Source: an uncultured Demequinaceae bacterium (lineage in GTDB: Bacteria; Actinomycetota; Actinomycetes; Actinomycetales; Demequinaceae). From it: 64,000 bases of DNA. Below are positions 60,837-64,000 of this stretch, in pieces. Made by a program: the position numbers and the translations under genes. Under the pieces are notes generated by a model. That model was not told where the DNA came from. It made no database searches and was given only the letters and a program-made list of their open reading frames with translations. Every line of letters begins with the position of its first letter. Within the stretch, counting starts at the first letter, position 1. The stretch spans positions 2,676 through 66,675 of the forward strand of contig CAZMCU010000003.1 of the NCBI GenBank assembly GCA_964564915.1, in the 5' to 3' direction.

Positions 60837-62579
60837 CTACATCCTGTCGGGGGCGCCGACGCCCAGCAAGCCGAGACCGGTCGCGAAGACCTGGCGGGCG
60901 GCGTCGTTGAGCCACAAGCGGGTGCGGTGGGTGTCGGAGACGTCCTCGTCACCGTGAGGCGTGACGCGGCAATGGTCGTACCACTGATGGAACGCCGAGG
61001 CCAATTCCTCGAGGTAGCGGGCGACGCGATGCTGCTCACGGAACTCGACGGCTTGGGCGACGATCCCGGGGAATCGCCCGAGGACGGCCAGGAGCGCCGT
61101 CTCCGAATCGTCCGATAGAAGCGCCGGGACGAAGGCCTGATCCCGAGAGATTCCGTATTCCGCCGCGTTGCGCGCGATGTTGGCGGCGCGCGCGTGCGCG
61201 TACTGGACGTAGAAGACGGGGTTGGCGTTCGTGTGGGAGGCGAGGAGGTCGAGGTCGATGTCGAGGGTCGAGTCCGCGCTCGAGCGCGTGAGCGCGTATC
61301 GGGCGGCGTCGATGCCGACGGCGTCGACGAGGTCCTCCATGGTGACGACGGTTCCGGCCCGCTTGGACATCCGCACGGGGGCGCCGCCACGGACGAGGCT
61401 GACCATCTGACCGATGATGACCTCGACGGACTCGGCCGGGTACCCGAGCGCGACGGCTGCGGCCTTGAGGCGGGAGATGTACCCGTGATGGTCCGCCCCG
61501 AGGAGGTAGACGCACAGGTCGGCGCCGCGCTCGTGTTTGTCGCGGATGTAGGCGATGTCGCCGGCGATGTACGCCTCCGTGCCGTCGGACTTGATGACGA
61601 CGCGGTCCTTGTCGTCGCCGAAGTCGGTCGAGCGGAGCCACCAGGCACCGTCGTGCTCGTAGAGGGCGCCGCTCGCCTTGAGTTCGGCGAGGGCGCGCTC
61701 GACCGCCCCGGAGTCGTGGAGGGATTCCTCGTGCGTGTAGACGTCGAAGTCCACACCAAAGTCGTGAAGCGATTGACGGATCTGAGCGAACATGAGCGCC
61801 ACGCCACGCTCGCGGAAGACCTCGAGGGCCTGCTCGTCGGGAAGCGTCGTCGGGTCGGGCTCTCCCGCGGCGACCGCCTGGGCCACAACGTCGCGTGCGA
61901 TGTCCTCGACGTATTGACCGCCATAGCCGTCTTCCGGAGCCTCGTCGCCTCGCGCCTTGGCGAGGAGCGACGCCGCGAATCGGTCGATCTGCACGCCGTG
62001 GTCGTTGAAGTAGTACTCGCGGGTCACGCGGGCACCGTGCGCCTCGAACAGGCGCGCGAGGCTATCCCCGACCGCCGCCCACCGGGTACCGCCCAAGTGG
62101 ATGGGCCCCGTCGGGTTGGCGGACACGAACTCGACGTTGACCGTCTTGCCCGACATGCTGGTCCCACGCCCGTAGGTCGCGCGCGCGTCGACGATGGTGC
62201 GGGCGAGTTCTCCCGCGGCGTCCGCGTCGAGACAGATGTTGAGGAATCCGGGTCCGGCGGCCTCGGCCGATGCGATTCCGGGTTCTCTCGCGAGCCGCGC
62301 GGCGAGCAGGGTGGCGATTTCTCGTGGGGGCATGTCCGCCGCCTTCGCCACTTGCATCGCGACGTTGGTCGCCCAATCGCCGTGCTCGCGCTGACGGGGG
62401 CGTTCGACGAGGGGTTCGGGGATCGCGACGGTTTCCGTGCCCGCGCCGGTTCCCGCACCAGTACCCGCACCGGTGCCCCCACCAGTACCCCCACTCGCGC
62501 CACCCAGGGCAATCTCCCCCGCCGCGACCGCCGCCTCAAGGCAGGTGCGGATGACGGCGGAGAGTTCCTCGGGGGTCAC
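60837..62579 (-). CDS. argS: arginine--tRNA ligase
   Basis: HIGH-type motif [13 protein letters not shown] and KMSKS-type VRMSKRAG. The GTG start is apparently leaderless (TAGACT, 6 nt, GTG). Confidence 0.95.
   Translation of the reverse strand: MTPEELSAVIRTCLEAAVAAGEIALGGASGGTGGGTGAGTGAGTGAGTETVAIPEPLVERPRQREHGDWATNVAMQVAKAADMPPREIATLLAARLAREPGIASAEAAGPGFLNICLDADAAGELARTIVDARATYGRGTSMSGKTVNVEFVSANPTGPIHLGGTRWAAVGDSLARLFEAHGARVTREYYFNDHGVQIDRFAASLLAKARGDEAPEDGYGGQYVEDIARDVVAQAVAAGEPDPTTLPDEQALEVFRERGVALMFAQIRQSLHDFGVDFDVYTHEESLHDSGAVERALAELKASGALYEHDGAWWLRSTDFGDDKDRVVIKSDGTEAYIAGDIAYIRDKHERGADLCVYLLGADHHGYISRLKAAAVALGYPAESVEVIIGQMVSLVRGGAPVRMSKRAGTVVTMEDLVDAVGIDAARYALTRSSADSTLDIDLDLLASHTNANPVFYVQYAHARAANIARNAAEYGISRDQAFVPALLSDDSETALLAVLGRFPGIVAQAVEFREQHRVARYLEELASAFHQWYDHCRVTPHGDEDVSDTHRTRLWLNDAARQVFATGLGLLGVGAPDRM
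62439..62505 (-). repeat. imperfect 12-bp tandem repeat inside argS encoding GGTGGGTGAGTGAGTGAGT
   Basis: Plus-strand units are cccgcgccggtt / cccgcaccagta / cccgcaccggtg / cccccaccagta. Confidence 0.75.
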
Positions 62580-62591
62580 CGGGCGAGTCTA
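62577..62591 (-). promoter_or_regulatory. putative -10 (TAGACT) 6 nt before the GTG of argS
   Basis: Minus strand reads TAGACT cgcccg GTG. Confidence 0.35.
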
Positions 62592-62636
62592 TCGGGCCCG
62601 GCACATGCCCGGATCGGAAAGGTAGCGTCCCAGAAC

Positions 62637-63029
62637 TCAGTCGACGCTAGTGAGGCGAAGGTGGGTCACGCGACATTGGACGGGAAAGGACTCCGCACAT
62701 GCGTCCGTCCACACGTCGACCGCGTCGCCAGCGGAAAGATCCGTCACGCTCAGGACGTCACCGAACTGGTTGCCGATAACCGTGTCGTCATCGATGGAGA
62801 GCACAGCGTCGGCGAAGTAGGAGTACCGATCGTCGTCGATCGTGAGGTGGAAGACGCCCACACCGGGCGGGTAGGACGCTGCCGGCCCGTCGTCGTTGTA
62901 TGGGGCGAGTGTGCCCCGAGCATCGGGAGCGGCGGCGGGGAACGATACGCCCGTCCCGCACGACGCGAAACCGAGAAGAGCGGCAAGGACGACGACGATC
63001 GTGCGGGCGCGCACCAGCAAGCGGGTCAT
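62637..63029 (-). CDS. small lipoprotein of unknown function
   Basis: Signal peptide plus lipobox (LAALLGFASC). 130 aa. Confidence 0.55.
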   Translation of the reverse strand: MTRLLVRARTIVVVLAALLGFASCGTGVSFPAAAPDARGTLAPYNDDGPAASYPPGVGVFHLTIDDDRYSYFADAVLSIDDDTVIGNQFGDVLSVTDLSAGDAVDVWTDACAESFPVQCRVTHLRLTSVD

Positions 63030-63184
63030 GTTACGTCAACGTACGAGTGGGCAAATCCGTTGGCGTTCCACGGCACCATTTCGCGACCGACACCACGACG
63101 GTGCCCCGGCTCCCCCCTCTCCCGGGACCACTCTCTCGGCGACGGGGGCTGGTAGCCTTGCGTGTTGCGGGTTGTCCCGTGCAC

Positions 63185-63257
63185 GCCCTCGTAGCTCAGC
63201 GGATAGAGCGCCGGTTTCCGGTACCGAAGGTCGCAGGTTCGACTCCTGTCGAGGGCG
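63185..63257 (+). tRNA. tRNA-Arg (anticodon CCG)
   Basis: Manual cloverleaf fold. Acceptor GCCCTCG/CGAGGGC. D arm GCTC-AGCGGATA-GAGC. Anticodon arm CCGGT-TTCCGGT-ACCGA, with one C-A mismatch at the stem top. Variable loop AGGTC. T arm GCAGG-TTCGACT-CCTGT. Discriminator G. No encoded CCA. Confidence 0.85.
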
Positions 63258-63308
63258 CTGGTGCGGTCGGGACGTGCTCGGTTGCGTCGCTCGACCCTTA
63301 GGGGTTCT

Positions 63309-63364
63309 CCCCCATGTGCACCACGAGGAATTCCCCCCTCTGAACGATGCCCCCCGAACCCCCC
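63309..63364 (+). other. cluster of four C5-C6 tracts between tRNA-Arg and the DUF2807 gene
   Basis: C5 at 63309-63313; C6 at 63333-63338, 63350-63355 and 63359-63364. Confidence 0.6.
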
Positions 63365-63382
63365 GTCGCTACCGTGACCACT

Positions 63383-64000
63383 ATGAGACGCACCATCATC
63401 GCTATCGCCGCCGGTTCTCTCCTCGTTCTGACCGGCTGCCGCATCGTCAACTCCGATCTGTCCGGCGACATCGTCACGGATACCCGATTCGGTGGCCCCT
63501 TCACGTCCGTTCGCCTCGAGGGCGCGGGCGACGTCACCATCGTGGCGGGCGCCACCTCCTCGGTCCAGGTGACGGCGGACTCCGCGCTGATGGACGGCAT
63601 CACCACCACGATCGACGACGGCGTGCTGGTGCTGGACGAGCACTGGGGGTTCCGGGTTCGCAACCCCCACATCACGTTCCTCGTCACCGTCCCGGAGCTT
63701 GAGGCGGTTTCGCTCGCGGGAGCCGGAGACATCACGATCTCGGGGGTGGATACCGCGGCGTTCGACGTTTCGCTCGCCGGAGCCGGAGATATCACGGTCT
63801 CGGGGCGGGCGGACCGTGTTTCCGTCCGCGTCGCCGGCGCTGGCGACATCGATGCTCGCGCGCTCAACGGCCGTGACGTTGTCGCCAGGGTCGCGGGAGT
63901 CGGCGACATCACCGTCTCGGCTTCGGACACATTGGACGCCTCGGTGGCGGGGGTTGGCGATATCACGTACTTTGGCGATCCGACGGTTACGTCGTCGGTC
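63383..64000 (+). CDS. lipoprotein with DUF2807/head-GIN-like repeats (3-prime partial, runs off the window)
   Basis: Not in the supplied ORF track because it has no stop in the window. My translation from ATG 63383 gives MRRTIIAIAAGSLLVLTGC (lipobox), then repeated AGAGDIT(I/V)SG / AGVGDIT units. High GC3. Confidence 0.75.
   Translation, partial: MRRTIIAIAAGSLLVLTGCRIVNSDLSGDIVTDTRFGGPFTSVRLEGAGDVTIVAGATSSVQVTADSALMDGITTTIDDGVLVLDEHWGFRVRNPHITFLVTVPELEAVSLAGAGDITISGVDTAAFDVSLAGAGDITVSGRADRVSVRVAGAGDIDARALNGRDVVARVAGVGDITVSASDTLDASVAGVGDITYFGDPTVTSSV

Noticed and set aside
61194-63155. 653-aa plus-strand ORF opposite argS and the small lipoprotein gene
   Set aside because: It is a mirror-frame artefact. 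argS has HIGH and MSK motifs on the minus strand.
63309-63364. Canonical G-quadruplex on the minus strand
   Set aside because: Loop lengths between the G-runs (3, 11 and 19 nt) exceed the usual limit of 7 nt. I kept it only as a low-interest flag within the C-tract finding.
63185-63382. tRNA-Arg as an integration site for a genomic island
   Set aside because: I found no integrase, no repeat of the tRNA 3-prime end, and no obvious compositional break in the 740 nt available downstream. This cannot be excluded beyond the window.
62896-63702. 268-aa plus-strand ORF crossing the tRNA-Arg gene
   Set aside because: It runs straight through a well-folding tRNA, is out of frame with the DUF2807-like gene, and has an Arg/Gly/His-rich nonsense composition.
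63298-63966. 222-aa minus-strand ORF at the window end
   Set aside because: It is the mirror of the plus-strand repeat lipoprotein, and its Ser/Thr/Pro/Ala repeats merely reflect the AGAGDIT repeats. The plus frame has a lipobox and a family-like repeat.

Overview
High-GC actinobacterial chromosomal core segment with about 62 tightly packed genes. I found no transposase, integrase, prophage or CRISPR signal. Nt 33518-63029 is an almost uninterrupted minus-strand housekeeping block: argS-lysA, hom-thrC-thrB, rho-rpmE-prfA-prmC-tsaC-wecA, the full F1Fo ATP synthase operon (atpI-like, atpBEFHAGDC), then nucS. From memory this order is colinear with the M. tuberculosis Rv1292-Rv1328 region. That region also includes the GlgE alpha-glucan genes, found here at 20496-29776 (glgX, glgP, glgE, glgB). 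Nt 2793-10231 holds gatCAB and ligA, and mnmA lies at 18127-19224. Three accessory insertions interrupt this backbone. (1) A plus-strand island at 10312-18130 lies between ligA and mnmA. It has a PLDc_N micro-protein, an ABC-2 transporter, an ECF sigma factor fused in frame to a complete ZAS zinc motif, two paralogous cytoplasmic PAS hybrid histidine kinases, and a REC-EAL c-di-GMP phosphodiesterase. This is my best candidate for an undescribed system. (2) A TetR plus heterodimeric ABC exporter cassette lies between thrB and rho, with a palindromic operator. (3) Three small genes lie between hom and lysA: an Arg-rich hypothetical, an LRV-repeat protein and an LMW-PTP. Other notable points: a perfect (GGNQQ)5(GGGQQ)3 tandem repeat in Rho; a short epsilon subunit followed 1 nt later by nucS; many apparently leaderless genes (TAnnnT, then 6-8 nt, then ATG or GTG); tRNA-Arg(CCG) near argS; and a 3-prime-truncated lipoprotein gene that the ORF track omits. 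All family names come from motif recognition by eye and from memory; no searches were run.
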